Source: an uncultured Dehalococcoidia bacterium (lineage in GTDB: Bacteria > Chloroflexota > Dehalococcoidia > Lucifugimonadales > UBA3495). Taken from it: 64,000 bases of DNA. A program made the translations under genes and the position numbers. The number at the start of each line of letters is the position of its first letter. The first letter of the stretch is position 1. The notes beneath the pieces are model-generated. The model did not search any database and was not told where the DNA came from. It saw only the letters and a list, made by a program, of their open reading frames with translations. Where the stretch lies: contig CATMOE010000010.1 in the NCBI GenBank assembly GCA_950072105.1, positions 14,387 to 78,386 of the forward strand, given 5' to 3'. This document shows positions 29,217-39,174 of this stretch, one piece after another.

Positions 29217-31082
29217 ATGTACGTAATCGGTACCGCGGGCCACGTGGACCACGGCAAGTCCACCTTGGTCAAAGCCCTGACCAACATAGACCCCGACCGG
29301 CTCAAAGAGGAAAAAGAGCGGGAGATGACCATTGACCTGGGCTTTGCCTGGCTGACCTTGCCCAGCGGACGGGAAATCTCCATCGTCGATGTGCCCGGAC
29401 ACGAGCGGTTCATCAAGAACATGCTGGCCGGCGTCGGCGGAGTTGACCTAGCCATGCTGATCGTCGCGGCCGACGAAAGCGTCATGCCCCAGACCCGGGA
29501 ACACCTGGCTATCCTCGATATCCTCCAGATCCGCAAAGGGATAGTCGTCATCACCAAGACGGACACGGTTGACGAGGAACTGGTGGAGTTGGTCAAGGCC
29601 GAAGTGGAAGATTTCCTGGAAGGGACGTCCTTCCAGGGATGCCCCACGGTGGGCGTTTCCGCCTACACCGGCGACGGCCTTGACGAGCTCAAGTCCGTCC
29701 TAGATCAGGTGCTAGATAACACAGAGTCTCGGCGGGACCTGGGACGGCCCAGGCTGCCCGTGGACCGTAGTTTTACCATCTCTGGGTTCGGGACCGTGGT
29801 CACCGGAACGCTTATCGACGGTGCTCTTACCGTGGGCCAGGAGGTGGAGCTGGCCAATTCGGGCCGCCACGCCCGGATCCGCGGTCTCCAAAGCCACCAA
29901 TCCAAAGTGGACCAAGCCCAACCCGGCGTTCGTTTAGCGGTAAATCTATCGGGCCTGTCCCGCAACGACGTGCCGCGGGGCGAAGTGCTTACTTCCGCCG
30001 GTTGGCTGCGCCGGACCAATCGATTGGACGCCAGGGTCAGGATGGTCAAAGGCGCGCCCCACTCCCTTCGTCACAACGAGGGCGTCACATTCCATCTATT
30101 TACCAGCGAGACCACCGCTCGCGTCAGGCTTCTGGACGCCGACCGCTTGGCCGCTGGGGAAGACGGCTGGGTCCAGATACTCCTCACCGAACCCCTGCCC
30201 ATGGTCAAGGGCGACTTCTTCGTTCTGCGCTCGTCCGAAGACACACTGGGCGGCGGACAAGTGGTGGACCCCAACCCACGCCGCAGGCATCGCCGCTTCG
30301 TCGCTGAAGTCGTGGACCGGTTGATGACGCTGGACCAGGGTTCCGGCGAAGACGTTCTCCTTAGTGTGGCCGACCAGTGGGGCCCCTGCGACACTTCGGT
30401 TCTGTCCCAGCGCTCCAATCTTCCCGTTTCCGAAGTTCTAGAGCGCATCGAAGCGCTGGAGTCTCAGGGCGACGTGGTAGTCCTGGGCGAATTGGGAACC
30501 GACAGCGGCGCCGTCGTTTACTCCACTCAAGGATGGAGCGCCATGACCGGCAAGCTTTTCCAGGCATTGCGCGCGTACCACGACCAATATCCTCTGCGCC
30601 GGGGGGCTCCCTCCCAAGAGATCCGCAGCCGGTTGGGTCTCTCTCAGCCCATTTTCCTTAGGGCGCAAGCCCGGTTGACTGACCAAGAGTACTTAGTAGA
30701 AGAGGGGACGCATCTACGCCTTCCCGACCATCAAGTTGCCATGACTCCGGAGATGGAGGAAAAGGTTTCGGCATACATCAAAGCGTTGGAGCAAGACCCC
30801 TACTCTCCGCCCAGCGACCGGCCTTTGGACCCCGAGTTGCTGGGCGTTCTGGCGGAAGAGGGCAAGGTTGTACGGGTGAACGATACGATAGTGTTCGCCG
30901 CTTCTGCTTACCAAGAAATGACCGATCGCATCACCGAACACCTGAAGTCCAACGGCAGCATTACGGTGGCCGAAGCCAGGACCATGTTCGACACCAGCCG
31001 CAAGTACATTCTTCCCCTTTTAGAGTATTTGGATCAACAGCGCGTTACTCGCCGGGTTGGCGACGAACGGGTGCTGCGGTAA
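29217..31082 (+). CDS. selB: Selenocysteine-specific translation elongation factor SelB
   Basis: [32 protein letters not shown]-terminal winged helix SRKY..PLLEYLD....TRRVGD.R. Confidence 0.97.
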   Translation: MYVIGTAGHVDHGKSTLVKALTNIDPDRLKEEKEREMTIDLGFAWLTLPSGREISIVDVPGHERFIKNMLAGVGGVDLAMLIVAADESVMPQTREHLAILDILQIRKGIVVITKTDTVDEELVELVKAEVEDFLEGTSFQGCPTVGVSAYTGDGLDELKSVLDQVLDNTESRRDLGRPRLPVDRSFTISGFGTVVTGTLIDGALTVGQEVELANSGRHARIRGLQSHQSKVDQAQPGVRLAVNLSGLSRNDVPRGEVLTSAGWLRRTNRLDARVRMVKGAPHSLRHNEGVTFHLFTSETTARVRLLDADRLAAGEDGWVQILLTEPLPMVKGDFFVLRSSEDTLGGGQVVDPNPRRRHRRFVAEVVDRLMTLDQGSGEDVLLSVADQWGPCDTSVLSQRSNLPVSEVLERIEALESQGDVVVLGELGTDSGAVVYSTQGWSAMTGKLFQALRAYHDQYPLRRGAPSQEIRSRLGLSQPIFLRAQARLTDQEYLVEEGTHLRLPDHQVAMTPEMEEKVSAYIKALEQDPYSPPSDRPLDPELLGVLAEEGKVVRVNDTIVFAASAYQEMTDRITEHLKSNGSITVAEARTMFDTSRKYILPLLEYLDQQRVTRRVGDERVLR

Positions 31083-31088
31083 CCGGCC

Positions 31089-32297
31089 ATGCCCCTAGAC
31101 CTGGGACAAACAATGCTCCAGTTGGACCTGGTGAGCCGGGGTCTGGTTGCCGATAGCGGCCAACGGGAAGCCCGCCTGACGGCCTTTGTCGACGCCGCAT
31201 CCAAGGTCGACGCCGCGACGGCCATCGCCAAGACTGGATATGACCCAGAGCGCCCCTTTCTCGCCGCCCAGGTGCTGGACAGTTTGCTGGGCGCCTACGC
31301 CCCGGTAGAACCGCCCATGGACTGGTGCACGGTGGCCGTGGACGGGTCACACATCGACGTGGACCGCCACCTACCCGTGGGCTGCTACCTGATCAACATG
31401 GGCGGCTGTTCATTGACCTACGGCTCTCAGCCTGACGCCAGTTTCTTCAGTCAGCCTAGCCTTTACCACCGGCCGGAAGACTTGTATCTAACCGATCCGT
31501 CAAACCCAAACTATGAAGAACCGGTGGCCGGTCCCCTGCTAGGTTTGATCCGTACTGTTCAGGAGTTGGAGCGCCTAGCCCAAGCGGTAGCAGACGTCCC
31601 AGCCGGTCTGCCCACTCTGGCGTTGGTCGACGGCTCCTTGGTCATGTGGGGACTGTCGGGCCGGGGCTATCCTCCGTTCGTCAAAGAAGCCATCATCCAA
31701 GAGCGGCTGTTGCCGGCCCTGAACCAACTGCGGGAAGAGTCCCAACATCGCCCGCTTTGCCTGGCAGCCTACGTTTCCCTGCCCCGCAGCGCCGAGGTAG
31801 TAAACGCGGCCCGGACCAGTCTGTGCCCTACGGAACTTTCCCAGTGCCGGAGCCGTTGCAACAATCGCCGCAGCATCCAGGCGCCCTGCGACCTATCGAA
31901 CGATTTCATCGACCGGGACTTGTTTCAACGAACGCTAGACCCGGGCTGGCGGTCGGCAACCTATTTGACCAACTCCTCGGTACCCAGGGAGAGCTACGGC
32001 GAACACCAGATCTGCTTCTTTTACCTGAACTGCGGCGAGGAGATCGGACGGATCGAGCTGCCCCAGTGGGTCGCCCAAGACGAGAGGTTGCTATCCCTGT
32101 GCCACAGCCTGGTGCTAGACCAGTGCCGGCGCGGCCAGGGCTACCCGGTGGCCATCTCCGAGGCCCATGAGCAAGCGGTAATCAACGGCGCCGACCGCCA
32201 ATTTTTCAAGCAGATGCTAGCGGAAGCCCTGGAACGAGAAGGCTTGCCGGTGTACACATCGGAAAAAGACCGCTCCAAACGCACGCCCTGGCTGTGA
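31089..32297 (+). CDS. nurA: NurA family nuclease
   Basis: AVDGS, LVDGSL, GRIELP.W, GYP....EAHEQAVI. Confidence 0.85.
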   Translation: MPLDLGQTMLQLDLVSRGLVADSGQREARLTAFVDAASKVDAATAIAKTGYDPERPFLAAQVLDSLLGAYAPVEPPMDWCTVAVDGSHIDVDRHLPVGCYLINMGGCSLTYGSQPDASFFSQPSLYHRPEDLYLTDPSNPNYEEPVAGPLLGLIRTVQELERLAQAVADVPAGLPTLALVDGSLVMWGLSGRGYPPFVKEAIIQERLLPALNQLREESQHRPLCLAAYVSLPRSAEVVNAARTSLCPTELSQCRSRCNNRRSIQAPCDLSNDFIDRDLFQRTLDPGWRSATYLTNSSVPRESYGEHQICFFYLNCGEEIGRIELPQWVAQDERLLSLCHSLVLDQCRRGQGYPVAISEAHEQAVINGADRQFFKQMLAEALEREGLPVYTSEKDRSKRTPWL

Positions 32298-32375
32298 CGC
32301 CACGGACTCAAATCGTTGGCCCTCCAAAGATCAAGCTAATCTTGAATCAACTAAAAATCCCCGGGGAGGCGTTAC

Positions 32376-33350
32376 ATGTTGCGTACCCGTATCTGTGACC
32401 TGCTGGGAATAGAGCACCCCATCATCAGCGCTCCCATGGCGGGCACGGCGACAGCCGAGCTGGCGGCCGCTGTCTCCAACGCCGGTGGCTTTGGGATGAT
32501 CGGATCGCGCGGGCAGCCAGACCCCGAGTGGCTGCGAGAGCAGATCTATACCACCAGAGAGCTTACCGACCGGCCTTTTGGCGTGGGGTTCATCTCCTCT
32601 GCGCCGGGAATGGAGAGAGCAGTTGAGGTGGCCATCGAGGAGAAGGTTGCGGCCATCAGCCATTCCTTCGCCGACGTGACTCCCTATGTCGCCGCCGCCC
32701 AGGCGGCCGGGATAAAGGTCCTGGCTCAAGTACAAACGGTGGCCCTCGCGGAAAGCGCAGCCCTCGCCGGGGTTGACGTGATCACGGCCCAGGGCACCGA
32801 AGCCGGGGGTCATACCGGACACAACAGTACGCTACCCCTGGTCGCGGCAGTTGTCGATATCGCCGGCGGCATCCCAGTACTGGCCTCGGGAGGTATCGGC
32901 GATGGTCGCGGCCTGGCCGCGGTATTGATGTTGGGGGCAGAGGGAGCCTGGATCGGGACCCGGTTCGTCGCCAGCCTTGAGTGGGGCGGTCCCGATTGGG
33001 CTCGGCAAAAGGTCGCTGAAGCATCTACCGACGACACCTTGCTGACCAGGGTCTACGACCTGGCAGGGGCGGCGCCCTTCCCGCCGGAAATTGGTCACCG
33101 CGTGCTGCGCAACGACTTCACCGATACATGGCACGGGCGCGATCAGGAAATAATCGCCCGTCGGCAAGAGTTACAAGACCAAATTGACGCTGCCGGACGG
33201 GCGGGAGATACCCGCATCGCCTCGGTGAACGCCGGTGGCGCTACCGGACTGATTGACCGGGTTGAGCCGGCAGGAGACATTGTCCGGAGAATCGTGGCCG
33301 AGACCGAGGCGATCTTACGGAGTCGACCCGGACAGGTGCTGGGCGGATAA
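32376..33350 (+). CDS. Nitronate monooxygenase family flavoprotein
   Basis: PII.APM, LAAAVSNAGG.G, QGTEAGGH, ASGGIGDGRG, GTRF. Confidence 0.9.
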   Translation: MLRTRICDLLGIEHPIISAPMAGTATAELAAAVSNAGGFGMIGSRGQPDPEWLREQIYTTRELTDRPFGVGFISSAPGMERAVEVAIEEKVAAISHSFADVTPYVAAAQAAGIKVLAQVQTVALAESAALAGVDVITAQGTEAGGHTGHNSTLPLVAAVVDIAGGIPVLASGGIGDGRGLAAVLMLGAEGAWIGTRFVASLEWGGPDWARQKVAEASTDDTLLTRVYDLAGAAPFPPEIGHRVLRNDFTDTWHGRDQEIIARRQELQDQIDAAGRAGDTRIASVNAGGATGLIDRVEPAGDIVRRIVAETEAILRSRPGQVLGG

Positions 33351-33369
33351 GACTGCGCAACTCCAAATC

Positions 33370-34641
33370 TCAACGCATGGCACCGGCCTTCTGCGGTTCG
33401 CTTTTCGGTAAACTTTGTTCCGCCGCCAAGTAATCCGTAAACTCCTGGATACTGCCGAAGCTGGCGACCAACTTCAGGAAATCCTCCAATGAATCGCTGC
33501 GCCGCCGCAACTCTTTCAACTGTTCGTTGATGGGGCTTACCGACGCCGGACTGGCGGCGTAGGAGCCGTGAAAAGCGAAGAAGGCTTGGTTGATTTTCCT
33601 GATCAATCTGCCATTGGCTGCTAGGAACTGGCGGCGTTCCTCCATGTACGCCTCGGCCTCCTCAATCTTGCCTTGGGCCAAAAGCTCCTCGGCCTCCATC
33701 CGGGTCTCCCGCAACGCCTCGTTGAAATCGAATACCTCTGGTGCCGCTCCCGCCGCTGGACCCGAGTTCCGGTTAACGACTTCACCGGTCATGGCGGTGT
33801 AGGCCAGATCGCCGATCTCCTCTCCACCCATGGTGGCTGCTGTTTCGTTCAGCGTGGTCATTTCCGAGCTGTCCCAGAAGTGCTGACCCAAAGGTTGGAA
33901 GAAAAACCAATGGTGCAGCCATTCATGGGCGGTGATCACCACGGCGTGGTGGAGACTGCTTGTATCGGACACTACGCTGGGGTAAGTGGCAACCCCTCCC
34001 GTGTCCTCCACCAACGCCGCCAAGTTTTCTTCCCGCAAAACCAACCCCTCGATTCTGTCCCTCACCTCGTCGCTGATACCGGGCTCTAAAAGGATTGTCT
34101 GTTGGCGGTGGATCCGGTCCCGGGGAGATAGCACTAGAACGGTGGGAGAACTGGAATACACCGTGTCCACCGGAGGAAAAAGAAAGCCGATGCGAGACTT
34201 GAAATTTGCCTCGCCGAGAATGGTGCTTATCTCGGCCTCCACGGCCTCTTCCACTTGGGGCCGCAGGGCCCGGCGCCGTTCTTCAATCTGCTCAATCTCG
34301 GCCCTCAGTGACAGAGTTTCCGCGTCAGAAAGGGGTTCACCGGTAGTGGTTGACGACAACAATCGACGCTCTGCGTCTCTTTGTTGCCGTCCCAACTTAA
34401 AAAATTCTTGGGCAAGCTGGTTCTTAATGCTCCGGCCATTTTCAGACGCCCACGGGAGGAGGAGACCGGCTTGGCGCACCCATTTATCCAGGAAGTTGGA
34501 CAGTTCCCATTGCAGCAGGCTGTAATGGTAGGGCGACACCGCCAGGTCCAATGGGGAGGGCCGGAAGTCGCCTCCACCGGCGGCCAGCACCGCCACGGAC
34601 AAGAAAACAAACAAGGCAGCGGTGCGGAGGACCTTGGGCAT
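33370..34641 (-). CDS. Exported putative zinc metallopeptidase
   Basis: N-terminal hydrophobic signal; GG.ATYP, AHEWLHH (HExxH) with downstream NETAA. Confidence 0.65.
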   Translation of the reverse strand: MPKVLRTAALFVFLSVAVLAAGGGDFRPSPLDLAVSPYHYSLLQWELSNFLDKWVRQAGLLLPWASENGRSIKNQLAQEFFKLGRQQRDAERRLLSSTTTGEPLSDAETLSLRAEIEQIEERRRALRPQVEEAVEAEISTILGEANFKSRIGFLFPPVDTVYSSSPTVLVLSPRDRIHRQQTILLEPGISDEVRDRIEGLVLREENLAALVEDTGGVATYPSVVSDTSSLHHAVVITAHEWLHHWFFFQPLGQHFWDSSEMTTLNETAATMGGEEIGDLAYTAMTGEVVNRNSGPAAGAAPEVFDFNEALRETRMEAEELLAQGKIEEAEAYMEERRQFLAANGRLIRKINQAFFAFHGSYAASPASVSPINEQLKELRRRSDSLEDFLKLVASFGSIQEFTDYLAAEQSLPKSEPQKAGAMR

Positions 34642-34649
34642 GCGAACGA

Positions 34650-35813
34650 TCAGGCGAGGACGCGGTACCGGTAGCTGGAGGTCAGCAGGTCTCCCTCTTC
34701 AAAGCGGCTGAACCTTAAGGGGTTAATGTCGATGGAAGAGGCCCTGCCCTGGGTGATCAACTCGGCCATGGTCAATCCAATCATCGGCGAAAGCTTGAAC
34801 CCGTGGCCGCTGAACCCCACGGCGCAATACAGACCCTCGATACCCGGCACCCGGTCCAAGATGGGGTGCCAGTCCGGCGTCACCGTAAAGAGACCCGACC
34901 AGCCACCGCGGAAATAGGAGTCGGCCATGGCCGGCATCCGGCGGGCCAGCTTGCCCAACGCCTCGGTCACCTCCGGCATGTCCACGCCTTCGTTGTAGCT
35001 GTCCACCTCGACTTCTTCCTCGCCAAACCCAATAAATGTCATGTTGGAACCGTCAGGACGGAAGGAGAAGGACTGGGCGATGTCTCCGACGATGGGATGA
35101 TCCGGTATCCGGTCCAGGGGCCTGGTAAGCGTGGCTACTTGGTGCCGCACGGCGGATAGCGGCAGATCGATCCCCACTTTGGCCATTACCTGACGCGACC
35201 AAGGACCGGAAGCCACCACCGCCACGTTGGTCTCTCGCCTGCCTTCAGCCGTCAAAACCGCTTGTACCCGGCCGCCGGAAATCTCGATCCTCACGGCGGG
35301 GTTGCGCAGTTCGATCCGCGCCCCCATGTCTTTGGCTCTGTTGGCGTAAGAGGTGGTTAGCTGGTAGGGGTCGGCGTAACCTGACTCCGGCTCCCAGGCC
35401 AGGGCCTCGGACTCGTCGATCTCCACCATGGGAGCCAGTTCCCGCACCTGGGCGGCATCGACCAAGCCGGTGCTGATGCCCAAGTCTTGCTGCATGGCGA
35501 TGTTCTTTTCCAACCCCGGACGGTCAACGTCCTCGACGATTACCAGGTACCCGGTTTTGACGAAGCCAGAGGTCCCGCCAACCATCTCGCCGAAATTCCT
35601 GAAGTACTTCAGGCTCTCCCAGGCCATGGAGGCGGTCACCGGATTGGAGTAATGCATCCGGCAGATGGCCTGGGAACGGCCCGTGGAACCGGAACCCAGC
35701 ACGTCTTGTTCCACCAGGACGGAGTTGGTTACTCCCAGTTTGGCCAGGTTGTACAGCATGCTGCACCCCATCACCCCGCCGCCGATGATTACTACGTCTG
35801 CTGATTGTTGCAT
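34650..35813 (-). CDS. FAD-dependent amine/amino-acid oxidoreductase (DAO / sarcosine oxidase beta-like)
   Basis: IIGGGVMG, GSTGRS, TPDWHPI, GFSGHGFKLSP. Confidence 0.9.
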   Translation of the reverse strand: MQQSADVVIIGGGVMGCSMLYNLAKLGVTNSVLVEQDVLGSGSTGRSQAICRMHYSNPVTASMAWESLKYFRNFGEMVGGTSGFVKTGYLVIVEDVDRPGLEKNIAMQQDLGISTGLVDAAQVRELAPMVEIDESEALAWEPESGYADPYQLTTSYANRAKDMGARIELRNPAVRIEISGGRVQAVLTAEGRRETNVAVVASGPWSRQVMAKVGIDLPLSAVRHQVATLTRPLDRIPDHPIVGDIAQSFSFRPDGSNMTFIGFGEEEVEVDSYNEGVDMPEVTEALGKLARRMPAMADSYFRGGWSGLFTVTPDWHPILDRVPGIEGLYCAVGFSGHGFKLSPMIGLTMAELITQGRASSIDINPLRFSRFEEGDLLTSSYRYRVLA

Positions 35814-35866
35814 TTCTCGCTGTCTCCAACGGGTGCCTTAAAAGTAAACTGGGAATCTTCCTTCTT

Positions 35867-36967
35867 TCAGTCTACCAACAAGGGCAATTGTTCGTCGGGC
35901 GGACCGCTGGTGTTCGCAGCGTCCAAGTCCAATGGATAATATACTCTCGAACGGGTTTTGCCTTCCAGCCTAAATACACCCACATTCACCATCTCGTTCA
36001 GATCCCGTGAGGCCGTAGCCGGGGAAACGCCGGTGATTTCCATGTAATCCGACCGGGTCATCTGCCCGGTCTGGAGTGCGAAGACGTAGGCGTCTACGTG
36101 GCGCTGGGGCCAACCGCTGGCGGCCCAAGTGTCACGAACTAGCTGCATCATCCGGTGCCATCCCGTCGTCCTTGCCACTAGATCGTCGGAAGCAGTCTTC
36201 AGTACCATGATGGAGAACTCCAGCCAGGGCGTGGCATCATACCCCACGGAGAACTCTTGCCCCAATGACCTACCGATGGCAGAAAAGTAATCGTCTTTGA
36301 GGTTCAAGAAAACCGACTCGGTGGAGATCAACTTCCTGAACCCGTAGGGCGACCGCTGCAGCAGCAGGGTTTCCAGCCCTCGAGCCGTCCTTCCGTTTCC
36401 GTCCCAAAAGGGGTGGATGGCAACCAGATGCAGGTGGGCGATCCCAGCTTTCAGAACAGGGTGCACTCCGTCATCCTCCTTCAGCCATAGGGCGAAGGAA
36501 CGCATCAACCCGGGAACGTCCCTCTGGTTCGGTGTTCGGAAATCGCCGACGGAGTTAGGTCCCTTCCGGTACACACCCGGTGTGAGCATTTCCGAGGCAG
36601 TCGATATGAAATATCGGTTGAGCTGCCGCATCACAAGTTCGTCTACCGGAATATCTCCTTGATCGCTGATGAAGTCGATGAAGTCGTAGGCCTGAATAGC
36701 GTTGATGTTGGCCTGCTCATCCTCGGTAAATTTGCCCGTGAACCCCCCGCCGGCCAGATTCCTTACGGCTGTTTCGTCAAGGGTAGCTCCCTCGATCCTG
36801 GTCGTACCGGAGGACCGTCGAACTTGGACATCCCGATGAAACCAGGCTTCGTGCTTGGGCATCAACAGCATATTCTCGATCAACCATTGGTTCCGTTCGA
36901 TTCCATCCAGGCAAACCTCGATATTGGGTGTAATGGTATAATTCGGCTGGAAGATACTATCATTCAT
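35867..36967 (-). CDS. Fic family protein with C-terminal wHTH
   Basis: Canonical HPFWDGNGRTAR; GTTRIEG inhibitory-motif-like segment; VSPATASRDL HTH. Confidence 0.9.
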   Translation of the reverse strand: MNDSIFQPNYTITPNIEVCLDGIERNQWLIENMLLMPKHEAWFHRDVQVRRSSGTTRIEGATLDETAVRNLAGGGFTGKFTEDEQANINAIQAYDFIDFISDQGDIPVDELVMRQLNRYFISTASEMLTPGVYRKGPNSVGDFRTPNQRDVPGLMRSFALWLKEDDGVHPVLKAGIAHLHLVAIHPFWDGNGRTARGLETLLLQRSPYGFRKLISTESVFLNLKDDYFSAIGRSLGQEFSVGYDATPWLEFSIMVLKTASDDLVARTTGWHRMMQLVRDTWAASGWPQRHVDAYVFALQTGQMTRSDYMEITGVSPATASRDLNEMVNVGVFRLEGKTRSRVYYPLDLDAANTSGPPDEQLPLLVD

Positions 36968-37094
36968 GGCATAGCAACCTAAGTAATACTCTCTGTTTGA
37001 TAGATATGATAGTATCATTATATAACATTCGGGTCAACCTGCCCTACACAGAACCAACTCCAGCCGTCCCACACGCAGTGACCGGCCACGCCTG

Positions 37095-37124
37095 TTGACA
37101 GTTGTTGACGTTCTCAGGTAGACT
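37095..37124 (+). promoter_or_regulatory. Promoter for the leader peptide and reductase operon
   Basis: TTGACA (37095-100), 18 bp, TAGACT (37119-24); the same hexamer pair occurs at 47060-47088. Confidence 0.6.
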
Positions 37125-37132
37125 TCATTCCA

Positions 37133-37195
37133 ATGAGTCTCGTATCGATTAACTGCTGCATCTGTACCTGTCCCCCCACAGAGGGGGCAGGCTAG
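37133..37195 (+). CDS. Cys-rich leader peptide MSLVSINCCICTCPPTEGAG
   Basis: ATG..TAG, 20 aa, 4 Cys codons within 6 positions; below the ORF track size cutoff. Confidence 0.85.
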   Translation: MSLVSINCCICTCPPTEGAG

Positions 37196-37232
37196 TCGTT
37201 CGTCCAACGACATCGTCTTAATCGACACCTGC

Positions 37233-37269
37233 GCCCACCAAGCACGCCGTTTGGTGGGTTTTTTATTTT
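37233..37269 (+). terminator. Attenuator (intrinsic terminator) hairpin
   Basis: GCCCACCAAGC-ACGCC-GTTTGGTGGGT then TTTTTATTTT, about 20 nt before the reductase start. Confidence 0.85.
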
Positions 37270-37290
37270 GCCAAATCGTAGGAGGCCACG

Positions 37291-39165
37291 TTGACAAGTC
37301 CGACCGGAGGAACCCAGGTAATAAACCAGGAAAAGATTCACCAAGAGAGCATGGCGCTGGCCCCGTCTGCTACGGGGATCATCCCCTTCATGGACGAAGA
37401 GATCGTCCGCCTGGAAGAGGAGTCCCAAAAGTTCCAGAACGGTGAACTGGAAAACGCCGAATTCACCCCTTTCCGGCTACGCCAGGGAGTGTATGGCCAG
37501 CGCCAAGCCGACGTTCAGATGATACGAGTCAAACTGCCCGGTGGGATCATCACCGCCGACGGTTTGCAAATGTTTGGGAAGATCACCGAACGGTATGCGC
37601 CTCTGCAAAAAGGTCACATCACCACACGGGAGAACATCCAGATCCACCACATTCCCTTGGACGAGTGCCCAGAAGTTTTGCGTTTGCTGGCAGAGGTGGG
37701 GTTGAGCACCAGAGAAGCGTGCGGCAACACCGTCAGAAACGTGATCAGCTCGCCTGGCGCGGGGATATGCCCCGACGAAGTTTTCGACCCGACACCCCAC
37801 CTGACAGCCTACGTGCGGTTCGGCATTCGCCATCCCATCACGCAGAACTTCCCTCGCAAGTTCAAGACGGCCTTCACCGGATGCGACTCCCATGACACCG
37901 TGGCCGCCGCCATCCAGGACCTGACCTTCGTCTCTCAGATCAGAGAGACTGACGGCGTTACCCAACGGGGGTTCAGAATATTCGTGGGCGGCGGCACATC
38001 CATCATGCCCCGGCTAGCCAAACCTTTGTACGACTTCCTGCCTGAGGACGACTACTTGCGGCTGAGTTTGGCCATCTGGACGGTCTTCAACAACGCCCAG
38101 ATGTTGCGCAAGAACCGTATGATGGCCCGGCTCAAGGTTCTCATCGACCGGATCGGGCTGGATGATTTTCGCGCGCAAGTTGAGGAAGAACTGGAGAAGA
38201 TAGGCCCCATAGACCCCAAGCCTTTGATGGAAGCCGAAGAGATCCATAGAGAAACCGCGCCGGCTGTGGAGCATCTCTCCTTCCCGGCCCTCAAACTCAA
38301 CGGATCCTCTAACAACGGTCACCACGGAGACGATGAGTTCGATCACTGGACGGAAACAAACGTTTCCGCTCAGAAGCAAGAAGGCTATTACCTGGTCTAC
38401 GTCAAAATGACCCGTGGCGACATCACCGCAGCCCAGTTCCACGGTCTGGCAGACATTGTCCGCCGCTACACCGGCGGCCGCGCCCGAACCAACCAGGAGC
38501 AGAACCTGGCCCTCCGCTGGGTCCCTGGCCAGTCATTGAAAGAAGTATGGCAAGCATTGAAAGCCATTGGTTTGGCCGATGCCGACGTCCACACCATCGC
38601 TGACGTCGTTTCCTGCCCCGGAACCGACAGCTGCAAGCTGGGCATCACCTCGTCGATGGGCCTGTCCAAGGCCGTGACGGATGATATGGCGGGCTGGAAC
38701 GGTTTGATGGAGGACGAAGGGGTCCGTAAGATCCGCATCAAGATAAGCGGCTGCCCCAACGGATGCGGGCTGCACCACATCGCCAACATAGGCTTCCACG
38801 GCGCGGCCGTTAAAGGCCCCGACGGCGATCAGATCCCGGCCTACGAGCTGTTCCTAGGCGGCAACTACGGCGATAACCGAGTGGAGGACTCCAGCATCGG
38901 CACGCGGATTCCCAAGGTGAAAGTCCCCGCCAAGGCCGTTCCGGGCGTCATCAAACAGATCACCACCTACTACAAAGAGAACCGCCAGAACCAGGAGAGC
39001 TTCAACAAGTTCCTGGAAAGGGTCGGTATCGCCCAACTAACCGCCGTCGCCGCCCAAGCCCAGAGTATCACCGAGTCCACCGAAGCGGGTTCCGACCTTT
39101 ACTTCGATTGGGAGCGGACCAACATATACAAGCTGGAACGCGGTGAAGGTGAGTGCATGGTCTAG
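37291..39165 (+). CDS. Siroheme-[4Fe-4S] nitrite/sulfite reductase, probably assimilatory sulfite reductase
   Basis: GVYGQRQ, HITTRENIQ, CGNTVRNV, PRKFK, CPGTDSC, SGCPNGC; TTG start after GGAGG. Confidence 0.9.
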   Translation: MTSPTGGTQVINQEKIHQESMALAPSATGIIPFMDEEIVRLEEESQKFQNGELENAEFTPFRLRQGVYGQRQADVQMIRVKLPGGIITADGLQMFGKITERYAPLQKGHITTRENIQIHHIPLDECPEVLRLLAEVGLSTREACGNTVRNVISSPGAGICPDEVFDPTPHLTAYVRFGIRHPITQNFPRKFKTAFTGCDSHDTVAAAIQDLTFVSQIRETDGVTQRGFRIFVGGGTSIMPRLAKPLYDFLPEDDYLRLSLAIWTVFNNAQMLRKNRMMARLKVLIDRIGLDDFRAQVEEELEKIGPIDPKPLMEAEEIHRETAPAVEHLSFPALKLNGSSNNGHHGDDEFDHWTETNVSAQKQEGYYLVYVKMTRGDITAAQFHGLADIVRRYTGGRARTNQEQNLALRWVPGQSLKEVWQALKAIGLADADVHTIADVVSCPGTDSCKLGITSSMGLSKAVTDDMAGWNGLMEDEGVRKIRIKISGCPNGCGLHHIANIGFHGAAVKGPDGDQIPAYELFLGGNYGDNRVEDSSIGTRIPKVKVPAKAVPGVIKQITTYYKENRQNQESFNKFLERVGIAQLTAVAAQAQSITESTEAGSDLYFDWERTNIYKLERGEGECMV

Positions 39166-39174
39166 GGTACGGGA

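Noticed and set aside
29075..32375. tRNA-Sec (selC), selA or selD near selB
   Set aside because: No cloverleaf or matching ORFs found by eye in this window.
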